A stretch of DNA of 64,000 bases from Takakia lepidozioides. Its lineage: Eukaryota; Plantae; Bryophyta. Below the pieces are notes generated by a model. It saw only the letters and a list, made by a program, of their open reading frames with translations, did not search any database and had not been told where the DNA came from. Where the stretch lies: NCBI GenBank assembly GCA_030704615.1, contig CM060731.1:41168001-41232000 (forward strand), given 5' to 3'. Below, in pieces: positions 1 through 12,487 of the stretch; positions within the stretch are counted from its first letter, which is position 1, and the number at the start of each line of letters is the position of its first letter. The position numbers and the translations under genes are program-made.

Positions 1-20
1 AAACTACAAAGCCGACACCT

Positions 21-856
21 GTGCAGGTCGCGGCGATTAAGGTGTCCTTAAATCCCACCAGCTGCTGCCACATGTCTTTTCAGATTATGGCCCAAAAATG
101 GAAAAAACATAAATCCAACAAAACTTTGAAGGCGGTGCGTGTGCAGGTCAGGGCGATTAAGGTGTCGTCAACGACATCTTAATTCCCACAACATGTTGTG
201 ATATGACAGTTCATGGAAAAACCCAAAAAACAAAAAAAAAAGAATCTAGAAAAGCTTTTGAAAGCGGTGCGTGTGCAGGGGGGATTAAGGTGTCGTCAAC
301 GACATCTTAATTCCAACAACCTCAACAGAATTTTCAAGGCGGTGCGTGTGCAGGTTGAGGGGATTAAGGTGTCGTCAACGACATCTTAATTCCCAGCAAG
401 TTTTCCAAAAAAAAAAAAAAAAAAAACGGTTTTTTTTTTTTTTTTTTTTTTTTTTTTCTCCTCGAATGTGGCAGATTAAGGTGTCGTTGACATCTTAATT
501 CCTAGTACGAGTTGGCACATGACAATTCATGGAAAAACCAAAAACCCCAAAAAATTTCACCCAAAAAATTTCAACCCACAAAATTTCAACCCACAAAATT
601 TCAACCCACAAAAATCTGATGGCGAACAAGCCTTGGCGGTAAGGTGGTGTGTGTGCAGGTGCTGGGGATTAAGGTGTCGTCAACGATATCTTAATTCCCA
701 GTACGAGTTGGCATATGACAATTCATGGAAAAATGAAAAACCCCAAAAAAATTCACCCAAAAAAATCTTATGGTGAACAAGCCTTGGCGGTAAGGCGGTG
801 TGTGTGCAGGTGCTGGGGATTCAGGTGTCGTCAACGACATCTTAATTCCCAGTACG
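21..856. repeat. Array of about 7 copies of a palindromic unit (AAGGCGGTGYGTGTGCAGG...GGGATTAAGGTGTCGTCAACGACATCTTAATTCCCA) with variable A/T-rich linkers; may extend left of the window
   Basis: The core GATTAAGGTGTC... starts at about 35, 155, 283, 362, 474, 667 and 818. Copies 1 and 5 have loop deletions. A 15-bp tandem repeat (AAAATTTCAACCCAC) lies at about 550-615. Confidence 0.9.
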
Positions 857-1249
857 TGTTTTGAAATTTTTATTTATAAAGCACGAGTTCACCTCTCTGC
901 CTTCTTTAGATTTGGGTGTGAGCCTTTCTCTCAACCTTGGATACCTGGAAAAATGACAAGTAACCCCTCCTCAATCAACAAAGCAATGTGGATTCATTGT
1001 TGGCAATATACACTGCACTTTCACAATTGATTTGCAAACAAGACTAGCATGGTTTAAAGGATTTCGGAGCTCGGGGGATTTCGGAGCTACTACTACAAAA
1101 CAACTTTGTATTATTTCATTTATTTCATTCATCCATGTCTCATTCATCATACAGACATTCATCCGCCATTCATCCCTCATTCATCCCAACAGCATCCATA
1201 ACCGACCTTGTGATACCGGCCACTCTGCGCAGTAATAGGTCTTTTAAGT

Positions 1250-2291
1250 CGACTGGACGTCCGCGGTTATAGGTAGGCAGGTCCTCAAGCGTGAGCAGAT
1301 TTCTGCTCGCGGGATCTGCTCACACAATAACATCCCCCTATGTCTGTAGTCTGGAGATCTTGGAGTGGTCTATGAAAACGACTAGGGAGCAGCTGAGGAG
1401 CTGCAGTCTCAACCCTCCCAAGTACCTTGCAAACTCAAGGGAAAACACCTTGCGCATCCTACTTTCATGCCCTGCTCAACAATGACAACCTCGATACGGA
1501 CAGTAAAAGCAGTTTTCCTAGAACACAACGAGATTTTGACTTCACTGACTTCACTCAACAACAGTACGATCCAGTCCACACCATATGACCATACCAGAGT
1601 TTCCTCAAGCTCCATTTCTCATCCTACATGAAGAAAGCTCACCTTGTCAAGGCTATTTCTAACTTTCCGGCATCATTACCATGATCTTTGGGACCCCCGA
1701 ATCTTTGCTGGAGTCGAACAGGGAGGGATCCTGATCAAAGCTTAGCACTGCATCGTCAATGGGGTCGAATATATTCAAGCTGCCAATGTATGAGCCAAGG
1801 TTACGGTCTGCATCCTCCTTAGTGCCAAATTTGACAGAGTAAAAGCCTCTACCCATTGGGTGACAGGAGTGGTGCGTCAGACCACCTTCGGACCCCAGAT
1901 GCTCGACAATCCACTTACGGGCCGAATCCGTATCCTTGGGCCTACCTGGGAAATGCACCAAAAGTCCGTGCTGCATCATCTTTGTGGAATGATCTCTCAG
2001 GCATTCAAGGTCCAGGGAGATAACTTCCTGTGAGTCAGAGTCGGGGGCAACTGATTCTACCCAAGGGGCTATCTCCAGACTGGGTGAAGGTCCAAGGGCA
2101 TTAGGGCCTTTTCCTAGAATAGAAAGGGTCGGGGCAGAAGAAGATGATCGAGGCATGCAGGAGCCTCTCCCACGGGAGCTCAAGCCGGAGCCTGATCTTT
2201 TCTTGCGGGGGGCACCTCTGGAAGACATGAGGAAATAGCAAAAAAGAGGTGTACAGAGAAAGCACTTCACTTGGGAAATTAAAACATACAA
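1250..2291 (-). mobile_element. Degenerate L1-type LINE ORF1 remnant (DUF4283-like)
   Basis: ORF 1659..2291 contains LLVHFPG...ARKWIVEH...HPMGRGFYSVKFGTKEDAD, typical of DUF4283. The broken frame downstream (1409..1615) has TVRIEVVI. No RT is visible. The GC-rich stretch 2300-3240 may be its 5' region. Confidence 0.6.
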
Positions 2292-3917
2292 GCAACAGCA
2301 GCAGGGACTACAGGGAGCGATGAAGGAGAGGAAAGAGGAGTGAAAAGCGATGGAGCGAGGGCAACTTATAAGGAGTTAGGGGCAGCCCACAGCAGAGGCC
2401 AATCTCAAAACTGTCAGCGAAGCAAGGTCCCAAGTCGGCCAGAGGGGCTTGGGGCGACGATACACCAAGAGGTCCACAATCAATGTGTAATGAAGGGTAT
2501 AGCGGCGCAGTAAGGGTGCTGGTACTCAAGAAGAGCCTCGAGAGAAGGCCAGGTGAGGCTGCTATCAAGCGGAACTCTGACAGAGGCCGAGGGGGGGAGA
2601 CATCAAAGGGAGTCTAGCTGGGGGGGAAGGTTCAACATGCCAGATCGAAGACGGCGGAGTGAAGGCGAGGTGGTGGGGCTGGCAGGGCGCCAAGAGGAGG
2701 TCTAGGCATGCACGTGGGAGATCTTCTCAGCAGCGGCAGGGCGATTAGAAGGGAGTGTGGCGTTGAGAAAAGGTGGCAGGACTGCAGTCCTGGAGGGCGA
2801 CACAACATAATGAGCCGCCAAGAGTTGGAGCGGGAAGGGGGGAGGGACGGGGATCAAGCATGCAGATTTAATTAGGATATGCATGCAGAGGGCCAGCAAA
2901 GCGTGGTTAGGCCGCTTGATGATTACTTAGAAAGCACCATGGCATGATTAAGACTTAGGTTAGGGGAGATAGGGTTGGAGGGCCCGGAGTTTGCTCAGAT
3001 CTAGCCTCCAAGATTTTTCAGCACACCGGCTGGGAAAGGAGATAGGCAGCACTCCGGCCAGAGAGGAGGTGCTGTGAGAGGAAGCAATACGGGAGAGGGA
3101 AGGGGGGGTGTTGAGGGAAAGGGCGAGGTCAACGCGAGCCTGGAGACGGCAGAAAAAAACTAAGTCCCAGGCTCGCCTCTCACCGCAAAACGCGGAGCTC
3201 CCCCCCCCCCCCCCCCTCCATTGTTTTCTACCTCCCATTCTTTTATCCTAATAATTATTTTTGGGGCTATCTCAATGATAGTTCAGAATCTGGAGGAGAG
3301 CTTGGATACGAGGCTAAATATGATGAGATAGTTGAGTTAATGCAAGGACCTATGGAGGTTATCTAGAGCCAGTATAAGCATCAAATAGTATGAAGTAGAA
3401 AAAAACTGGATATCATTTTTAGATTTTTTTCCTATTTTAGATTTTTTTCTAATTTAATTTCTTAAAAACAATTAAGTCTTTATACCATAAGGCACTTTTA
3501 AGAGAAATTTTGAAAATTAGGCACTCTTTGAAGATAACTTTTTTAGATTAGGCACTGTTGTCAAAAATAATTTATTTGCATCAGGCACTCTTTTTTCTTG
3601 AATTAATTTCTGCCGAACCGGCTATCCCACTACGGTAATGACTGAGTAAATTGTAGCATGTTACTTGCAGTATCCGTTGATTCACAGTACACCCACCGGC
3701 GGGTCCGGTGACTCCGGTCAAGACTCAAGACCCGCCTGCTCGTGTCAAGCAGGAAGTCGTCAATGGTCGGCAGCAATGAGGGATGAGCAGCTTAGCGTTC
3801 ATGGAATACAGCATTTGAAGTTGCAGGATCTGCGAAGATTTTTCAAGAGATTAGATAATCATAGTTGATCTGCGAAACCGTTGCGGGACTATAGTGTTCC
3901 AGCTGAGTACGCAAGAA

Positions 3918-6900
3918 ATGGATCGTGGAGTTGGAGAAGACGAAGAGAAACATTTGGAGAGTCTGATTGTAGAAGAGGGAGTCGACAATAGTGTAGAGGC
4001 TATTTCTAGGTCTGAATTCGGAGGGAGTGGTGCGGTGGTGGAGAATGTTTCTAGAAATGAGGCGGGGGAGCCAAGAACAGCAATAAAGAAGACCCCTGAA
4101 AAAGAAGCGGGAGAGAGAGTGTCGTTAATAGCTAACGCCTCTGATAATGAGTGGGGAGAGGCTGAATCGTTATTACTGAATACCTCTGATAATGAAAAGA
4201 GTGCAGGCAATTTTGTTGCAAGTCCAACTGATTCATCTCAAATTGAAGTGGGAACAAGAGAAATGGAGAAGGTCTCCGAGAGTTTTGCCTTGGATGGGGA
4301 GGCGACGTGTACTAATGCAGGAGGAGATGAGCTGCCAGCTGAGGCTGGAAAAAGCGTCATCGTACTGCAGTGCCAGTCCCAGGCACCTGGTGGAGTGTGC
4401 GCTGTTCATATTGTTGGCACCGCTCATGTTTCACAGGTTCCACATTTTGTAATTTGCAGTTGAATCTGTTTCTACTAAGGAATGTAAGTAACAATATGTC
4501 TGAGTTGTCATGAGAGGGGAGGAAGAAGGGTTTGGTAGGATGTAGCATTGTCGAACATGCTCGACACTCTCCCTGATTAGGTAATTTAGGTGTGTTATCA
4601 TGTTATAATGTCCGCAGGATGCAGAGAGCTAGGGAGGAACTCTATTTAAGGGGATAAAATGTGAAACGTGCAAAGACATAACCAGAAAGGCAGGCGACAC
4701 AAGGTCAAATCGCTGCTTGCAGGAGTGCCTGGTGAATTCAAGGAGATATCCAAAGACAGTTGTATTTCCCTCTAATCTCATAATTCCCATGGCAGGAGAT
4801 AAGAATGATGTTCTGTCCTGCAAATCCCATCCTCACCGGCCATCTCCCTGTCTGAAGCTGGAGTTTAGATTAACTGACTATGGAGTTCCCAAGGCCATAG
4901 TGAAGATCATGACAGACAAGTAGGAAGGCAGCAGAATGTGGGTATCCCTGATGGCTATGGAACACGGTGTGGGCTGAGCTGATTCTCCAGGCCCCATGTT
5001 CGGTGCAGATGGATTCTCTTCAAATCCTGTCTGATCAGCCTGTTTGTGTCCTGCTTTGTGAGGGTAAAATCTGTGGGTGGGGTAAATGATGGCAGAGTTT
5101 CCATAGACAGGTTGGAAAGACGGCTAAAGTCTTCTGAATATTGCAGCAGTGGCCGGTCTCTGAAGGGTATGACGAAGTGCTGCCAATGGTGTCTGGCAGG
5201 GGTCTAGCATAGCAAGGAAGATGATGATCTTCCCTCAGACAGTTCTCATGACCTTGGACCCTGCCTACAGACAATCCAATCATGGCATTGATAAAATCTT
5301 CTGGAACGACTTGTTCCACAACTGATCCAGAAGGAACAAAACCGAAAGCATTAGAGATATCCAATAGTCATGGAGGGAGATAGTTGCTCAAAATATTGTT
5401 TGGGTTTGGTTTTGGCTGAAAAGCATATCTCCAACCAGGATGTGAAGTGGTGTGTTCGATTGTGCAGGGATCGTGCATGGAAGTTCGGGCAGTCATCCGC
5501 CACATCAAGCCGCAAGTGTGTTGAACTTGTGGATGTAATTCTGATCATTAGAATGCTCGTACATGGCAGGAGAAATTTGGTTCAGAATATTGAGCAGGAG
5601 TAGCACAACTTGTTTCAAGTTTTAGGATGTTTGGTTACTAATCTGAGTCCATGGATTGTCATGCCTTTTAGGTAGTTTTCTTGGAGCTGTGTTCAAGTCG
5701 GGTAGCCATTCTCATGCTTCAAAAATTCCAGGTTGTTACTGTCTTCACAGATCTTCAGAAAATTGAAGTTACCTGGGAATATACTTTTTTGGGAAAGGTA
5801 AGACTCTACGTTGACATTTAATGCTGTGGCTGGAGAAACTTCAATTGATTGAGGGATCCCAGTAAGTGTATGATGGAAGAACCAATGCATATGCTAAATG
5901 GGCCTCACAAGTCAAGCCCAACTAGCAGGCTCATCTCTAGAAGGCAACGATTCTGATTAGCATACAAGGCAAATTTGTTTGTAGTATGAAAAGCCAAATG
6001 CAAGGTGCCAAGGTCAGAGAAATGGCTGTGTCCTGTTCTGGGGTTTGTGATGGTCGGCTGCCCAGCCGTGACCCTTGAAAGTAGGTTGTGGAAATTGTCT
6101 TGGAGGAAAGCTTCATTGGAAACTACTACAAGAAAGAATTTCAGATTTCAGGCAGGTACCTGGCTTGGAAGGATGTAGTTTTTTGAAATGGGTTGCACCT
6201 TTGTTGGTCCTAAAAAGAGTAAACAGGGGTTCTGGCACTATAATTTATTCGTGTCCCATCTGGCATCATTCTTCTTCTTAAACAGAGACTTGTAAGCAAG
6301 GAGACACAATCCAGTTGCAGCTTGAAATAGCAGATGTAGTTGGGAGTTAGACTGGTACTGGTAAAAGCTATTCTTGATACAAAATGAGTGATGACTAGTT
6401 TTTTCAATCCATTTTTGCTTGATATTAGATTTTGCTTTTGCTGTCTGATGCCTTTCTGGTTGACATGAACATAGGTACCAAGTTTTGCCAAATTACTTGA
6501 GATGTGGAGAAAAAAGGAGATGAATGCCTTCGGCCTAGTCTACAGTTGGTTCCTTGCTAAGGTACAAACTCACTAGCTATGTTTTCTGGATCACTTTCAG
6601 TATTTATGCTGTTTATTTGTCGTAGTTAAGACACTATTGATGCATTTGATTTGTTCTGTTGAAGGTTGGTGAGAAGCTGGAGGTCCTTCCTGGATCAGAG
6701 TTCCGGATTGCGTATGAGGAGGCTGTGGCATGTGACGCCAAAGTTTTTCTAGGAGACCGTCCTGTTCAGGTAGGTAGGTGCCCATTGCCAGCTTTGTACA
6801 TGATCTCAATATGCATTACATGGTTTTTTTCCCTTTATATCACAGGCATGAACTCTGCTATAAGGATAGACCGTCTTTTTGCTCTTGCTATGAGAGTGAG

Positions 6901-8717
6901 GAAAATTGGTTTTGGTGTTTCAGGATAAGCAGGCTCTGTTTGGTTCGTAAAAACATCCTCTCATTCCTTAAAGATCTCAATCCCAACAAGATGCATTTCC
7001 ATCACTTTTTATTTCAAAAGTTCATGCTCTCATACATCAAGATACAACATATAATGGCCAGTTGATTTGCAGCTAATGTAGAGACCTGCAGATTACGCTG
7101 CAAAGGACATGGGCGAGAATGAGCATGTGGCACAAGGCAAAGTTCCTCTGCAGCTTGTTGTTGGGCTCTGTCTTCATGCCCAGTGCTAAGGAGCTTGCCA
7201 CAATGGTGAGTATATTTGTGGCATAAAAGGGAAAGTGTTTACAAGTCAGTAAGGTGATTTGGTTGGAGTGCACTAGAGTTAAAAGTACTGTGTTGGGATC
7301 TCCTAACTGCAGTCTAAGCCTTCAGAAATCCTATGATAAGGATTTCTCTCAAGGCAGGTTCATGACTAATTCTGTGAATCCGATCAAATTTATCTTCCAA
7401 CAGTATCCCCAATATCTGTGATAATCACGTTCCCTTTCAGTTTACCAGGTCATCCCAGATTGTTGTGCTGTGTTGACTATGTTGGATACACCAGATCAAA
7501 AGACTCTGAACTCATGAAATTCCAGTGCTTGAAAGTTGTGAATCAACTGATCAGAAGTGTGGATTGGCAGATGGAGAAGATGGAGCAAAATGATGAACTT
7601 ACATACATGATTCAAGAATTGAGCAAGACATTTCCAACTCTTGCTGATACTCTCATTCATGAGCGTGACTCGTAAGTACGACTGATTCCTCATGGTAGCT
7701 ATTTCCTGACGACCTCCAACATGGTCCACCTGTCATATTGTACAAAGTTGTCTTCAGACATTGGTGGCTTAAGTGGTCATAACCAGTCTGCTGCATTTGT
7801 ATGTCCATTAAGTCAAGTCTCTCCAAGGCAAAGAGGAGAATGTGAGTACTGGGACAAAGCACACTAGGGGGACACACATGACCAACATTGTCATGCAGAG
7901 ACAGGCAACCTGAAGAGTGTTCTGATCTTTCGAAATGGTGGGCCAGGTATATGGTGGCGAGTCTGCACAGTGTTGCACAGCACTACTCAACTGTTGTAGC
8001 TGTTGTTGGAAAAGGTCACCTCTTGGGCATAGCAGCCAATTGGGAAAAGGAAATTTGTGTGAGCCACTTCCCCCTCCCCACAACAGGAAAACTTGCTTCA
8101 TCTTGTGCATTTTCTTTCCATTGCCCTTCCTTTCAAGCAAGGTTCTGACTTTCTGTAAACCGCACAGGGGAGAAGGCTAACTTAGTTTTTTGTCTTGTCT
8201 CTGTTTACCAATTTGGAAGGCAGTCATCATCATTTTTAGAAATTTTGAAAGTGAACGCAAGTGCTCTGCACAAAGTGATGACCACAATGTAGACAGGACT
8301 CTGGTCAAAGCCAGTGTGAATGAGAGCCACGTTCCTTGCCGGTACTGGACCTAAATGTAGATATTGGTAATGGTTTGCTGTATGCAAACCATTATGCAAA
8401 AATATTCAGTGCAAAATTGAAGCATGAAAGGCAGCTATAGATTGGTTTCTCTGGGAGTACTTCAAAGACAGAATATGGTTATGTGCTGAGTTTTCCTGCG
8501 TTGAAGGTCTAGTACTGTGCAAGTTTTGGGTGATGAGGTGGTGCCAAAAAGTCCAGCTTCATGAAGATTCTCATGTGTGCAGGTGGAGTCTTTGATGGCA
8601 GTGCCAAAGCAGGAATCCTCAAGAATACTAGGATATGTGAGAAGCTGGGGCGCAGCTGTTTTAGCTGTTGGTGGGTTGGCAATTGTTGGAGGAGTACATT
8701 TTATGCGGAAGAGATAA
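3918..8717 (+). CDS. TraB-domain family protein, 9 exons: 3918-4436, 5468-5515, 5672-5731, 6475-6561, 6665-6769, 7092-7205, 7571-7671, 7947-8058, 8583-8717
   Basis: Spliced translation gives VGTAHVSQ-GSCMEVRAVIRHIKPQ-VVFLELCSSR...PGSEFR...LGDRPVQITLQRTW...LIHERDSYM...VVAVVGKGHLLGI and a C-terminal hydrophobic tail anchor. All introns are GT-AG and in phase. Confidence 0.93.
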
Positions 8718-9807
8718 GTTCTAAAAATTCTTTGGATGCACCACTGACACATTATACTTCTGACGTTGTGGACTTGCTATTGTTTACATCATCCCGAAGT
8801 GTCGGTTTGACCATCCATGGTCCTGGTGGAGCCTATGAGCCTAGGAGCCTTAGAACTAAAGCCTTAGAAACATTTGGAATCAGACTACGTATATTTTGGA
8901 TAGGCCGGACTGTCTTGATAAAGACAAATGGATCCAAACTTGGCATAGTCTTTGAAAGCAACATCCTTAGTACGATTGTTAGTTAAAACTCTTAGTGGGT
9001 GTTGATTACAGGGAAATAGCCAAATCTGCATCTACACTTTATGGAGATAACAGAATTCTTCTTCAGAAAGGGGGTTTTTAAACCAGTCAACCTTCACACC
9101 AACTGTTAAAAACCATGAGCGATTTGAGAACTCAGCTCAGTTTTCCGGAAACATACCAGCAAGCTACTTGTATCCACAAGAAAGATCAAGGATTTAAAAA
9201 AATCCAACCAGCAGATAGCCGACCAAAATTTCGAAGATAAAGATTCCAAATTGGAGACCAGTTGTTTTCCAAAAACATGGAAGTGGTTGCCAGTCTCACC
9301 TACATACTATCCAGGAACTGCGTTGGCTGATTCTTATAACTCTTTGAGCTGCCTGAAGCTTCTTGAACGACGTGAACGGTCGCACCTGAACGGTTTGACT
9401 TCGTTGAATTGAGCAAATACACAGAAACAAAGACTTTTGCTTACCTTCTCTATGTGCTGGTCTCTCTCTTCATTATCTAGGCCCCTCGAGGCTATGGCAA
9501 ACAACATCTTATGAGTACATTCCTATACAGGGCAAAGTTTTGCTGTGTCCTGCACTCAACGCCAATCCCTAAAATCTATCCTTGGATGTCTCCTCTAACC
9601 TTCCCTCTATTTCTGTCCCTGTTTCTTGTACCTGTCACACCAAACCAAGCAAACACATGAACAATTTTGCAAATAATATCAGATCCCTTCCTGAGTGTAC
9701 ATGTCAGGCAGTGTCTCTCTTGGGGCCTCAACTTCAACAAAATACAAGAGAAAAAAGTCCACAGGCTGAATGCTCATCACAACCCACAACCTTAGAGGGA
9801 TCAAGAC

Positions 9808-9981
9808 CTTGTCGACAGATGCAGAAGCAACTTCATTGACATTATGCTTGTGATTGATGACTGTCTTTAGAGTGAGGGCAGCCACCACAAGTGGAGGCAT
9901 TTATAGGGGCACCTTCCCTGGGGCAGCCACCACCAGGTCTTTCACACCTCCCACATTCACCTCCATCTTACACCAGTTTAT
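9808..9981 (-). pseudogene. POLA1: Isolated exon fragment of DNA polymerase alpha catalytic subunit with an in-frame TAA (9901-9903)
   Basis: Reads INWCKMEVNVGGVKDLVVAAPGKVPL*MPPLVVAALTLKTVINHKHNVNEVASASV, matching the plant Pol-alpha pattern SWCKxEV...PPxVVxAxNLKTxxNxKxNxxEIxSASV. It is flanked by an AG acceptor and a GT donor. Confidence 0.75.
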
Positions 9982-10678
9982 CTGTCCCCATCCTCCAGAA
10001 TTAGCGACCCCATCTTCAAATTGGCCTTTCTTCACATGTGCAATATGAGGACTTAAAGCCTGTGATGCTGTTCTCAAGTATCTCACATTTTTAGCTCAGA
10101 AGCATAGCATCTACCAGCACCACTGCCACTCCCCTATACCCAACCAATCCCCACCAACTTTGCAAAATCTGGAGGCTGAGCCTAAAGCCCTGGCCACGTT
10201 GGGGTCTAACTGCTGGGCAGCTCACACAGAGCAAGTTGACTGGCCACATATATGTATATAAGGTCTTAATGTAGAGCAGGAATAGGGTGGGATGTCATAG
10301 TGGCACGTCATCTTCGCCACATCATCATAGTCATTTTTTTGGCTGTCCAAAAAAAAAGCGAAAAACAACTAAAAGGCTAAAAGGCTCACTTCACCCTAAA
10401 AGGCTACTGCTTCTTTCCAACGGTGCTTGAATGAGGCAAAAGTACTGAGCGATCATACTCTTACATTAAGTTTTTGATTTGACAAGGGACTGCCAGAGGA
10501 GCTCATGTCGTCTAAATCCGGTGAAAGTACCATCGGAACATATGCATACCTTATATTTTTACATTTGTGTCTAAATTTTTTCACATAAAATATATTTCCA
10601 ATAAAAAAGAACATTGTTCTCATAAGTTGTCACTAGTAGTGCGGAGCAACGCGTAGCTCTTGTTTATGTTATGAAGCT

Positions 10679-10843
10679 GACAATCAAGTTGTAGCCCAGT
10701 GTTAATGGGCATACCACCTCAGAAGTGGTTGTGGATTCAATCCACGGATTGTTATCACAAAGGTGTCCGTCCACCTTCCTGCCGGGGTTAAGAGACACCA
10801 TAATCTAGGTAGATTAATAGGCGTCATATATTATATTATTATA
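10679..10843 (+). mobile_element. tRNA-derived SINE (about 165 bp) with 15-bp target-site duplication
   Basis: TSD TTATGTTATGAAGCT at 10664-10678 and 10844-10858. A-box-like TAGCCCAGTGT (10692-10702), B-box-like GGATTCAATCC (10733-10743) and a (TATTA)n tail. Confidence 0.8.
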
Positions 10844-11329
10844 TTATGTTATGAAGCTTGAGTTCATATTGTTAAGTTTTCACATGGTCAATTTTCATGG
10901 ATATTAGTTCTCTAGATATAATATGATCCGTTACCTAGATTCTATGTGCTTCCAATTTTGTGAAAAACAAAAAAATGTTAGAGGTTAAGTAATTGCAATG
11001 AGTCTCGTGCTTGTAATTGTCATCCAATATACGATTTATAATTATTTTTTAATCCCTTTTATTTTTCTTGTCATACTTTTTTTTGTTATTTTATGCCGAT
11101 TTTATTTTCATCTTGTTCATCGGATCTTATACTTTTTTTTGAAATTTTAATTCAGTAATTTCATGACCTATGTTGAATAAAATATCACGACGTATCTTTT
11201 CAAATCTCTTTTGTTTTGTTGTTTCATTTATTGTTTTTATTTGCAAAACTTTGATATGCAACATGATCATGCATCTTCTATCAATTAACAAAGAGTCACT
11301 CTTTATAGATGAAAACAACTTTGTAGTCA

Positions 11330-12487
11330 ATGTTCTTCCCAATCCCTAACAGCACAATGATGGATATTTCTTTGTGGAGACAATTGCCTCACGAAATATT
11401 GATAAGAGTTCTTGCTTATTTGCCACTCCCTTGTTTATTCCGGTTTCGATGCGTATGTAAGCGATGGCGTTCTATAATTTACTGCCCAGATTTTCTGAAG
11501 ATTGTTGCAGAGACCAAAACTCCATCGTTTGGGTTTGGTCCAGCTGTTTCTTATGTCTATGATTGGGAAGGTTTTCAATGGTTAGCATATGATTCCGCAG
11601 CAAAGAGGTGGCAAATAATGCCATCTCTCTCTCTTTGCTTTGAATCAAAAATGATTAGGTCAAAGATAAAGTTTTGTGCAGAAGCTAGAGGACTCTTATG
11701 TTTGCTAGAAGTTGGCAACTTTGATCTTGTCAAAACTCTTACAATTTGGAATCCAATCACTAATGAATGGAAGGACTTACCCTCTTTCATCCATCAATGG
11801 TCATATCCACTTGTAAGACATATGTTTGTAGATGACACTACCAAGTCATATAAGATCATTTTGGCAGGGAATCAAAATTATGAAGTTGAAGATGAGAGAT
11901 ATCTGACCACCGAGATATTTGATTCAACATCAGGTTTATGGAAAGAAGGCGGAAAGCTCTTACCACAATTAAGGTTCCCATTCTCAAGCGGCGCAATATG
12001 TCATGGCCTTCTCTATCATTTGGCAAGTAGACCGACAACAATGTACGACGTATTGGTTGAATATGATATAGAACAAGATATATGGAGTGAGATCCCTCAT
12101 GTCATTCCAATGGACGCTTATTGCAGTCAGTCCCTTTTCGTATTTCAAGGTCGTTTGTTGATGATGATGCACATCCTTGCTGGTAGTACTGGCTCAGCCG
12201 GTTGTGGCGTCTTTTCTTTAGATTTCAATACAAAACAATGGAGTATATTAATAGAACTACCACAAGAGATATATTCAAACTTTGCATATATCGAGGGTTG
12301 TGTGGCATTTGGTGGTCAGCTATGCGTAACCGGTAATTCATCAAACAGAGATTTGATTGTGGCAGTCTACGACGGGGGCCAAGACGTTTGGATATGGTTA
12401 CCACCATGTCCTCTCATTGGTTTCAATTGTGCTGAACGACATACTACATTTTCTTTTCAACCCAACTTGCATGCAATTAAATTATAG
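11330..12487 (+). CDS. F-box protein with kelch-like/beta-propeller C-terminus, intronless, 385 aa
   Basis: N-terminal F-box LWRQLPHEILIRVLAYLP...FRCVCKRW, followed by GLLCL, IWNPITNEWKDLP, YKIILAG, TEIFDSTSGLW. Confidence 0.92.
   Translation: MFFPIPNSTMMDISLWRQLPHEILIRVLAYLPLPCLFRFRCVCKRWRSIIYCPDFLKIVAETKTPSFGFGPAVSYVYDWEGFQWLAYDSAAKRWQIMPSLSLCFESKMIRSKIKFCAEARGLLCLLEVGNFDLVKTLTIWNPITNEWKDLPSFIHQWSYPLVRHMFVDDTTKSYKIILAGNQNYEVEDERYLTTEIFDSTSGLWKEGGKLLPQLRFPFSSGAICHGLLYHLASRPTTMYDVLVEYDIEQDIWSEIPHVIPMDAYCSQSLFVFQGRLLMMMHILAGSTGSAGCGVFSLDFNTKQWSILIELPQEIYSNFAYIEGCVAFGGQLCVTGNSSNRDLIVAVYDGGQDVWIWLPPCPLIGFNCAERHTTFSFQPNLHAIKL

Noticed and set aside
519-776. ORF with NFNPQ repeats
   Set aside because: It is a translation of the 15-bp tandem repeat inside the satellite.
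21-856. CRISPR array (36-bp palindromic repeat)
   Set aside because: Linkers vary widely in length, share sequence with each other and are low-complexity. There are no cas genes and the context is eukaryotic.
3485-3595. Four AGGCACT motifs at ~30-bp spacing (MULE-TIR-like)
   Set aside because: No partner TIR or TSD found; it could equally be promoter sequence of the TraB gene.
4840-5364. Non-LTR RT remnant in TraB intron 1 (DISNAFG, FRQGD on the minus strand)
   Set aside because: Only two short motifs with poor spacing and no YADD; insufficient support.
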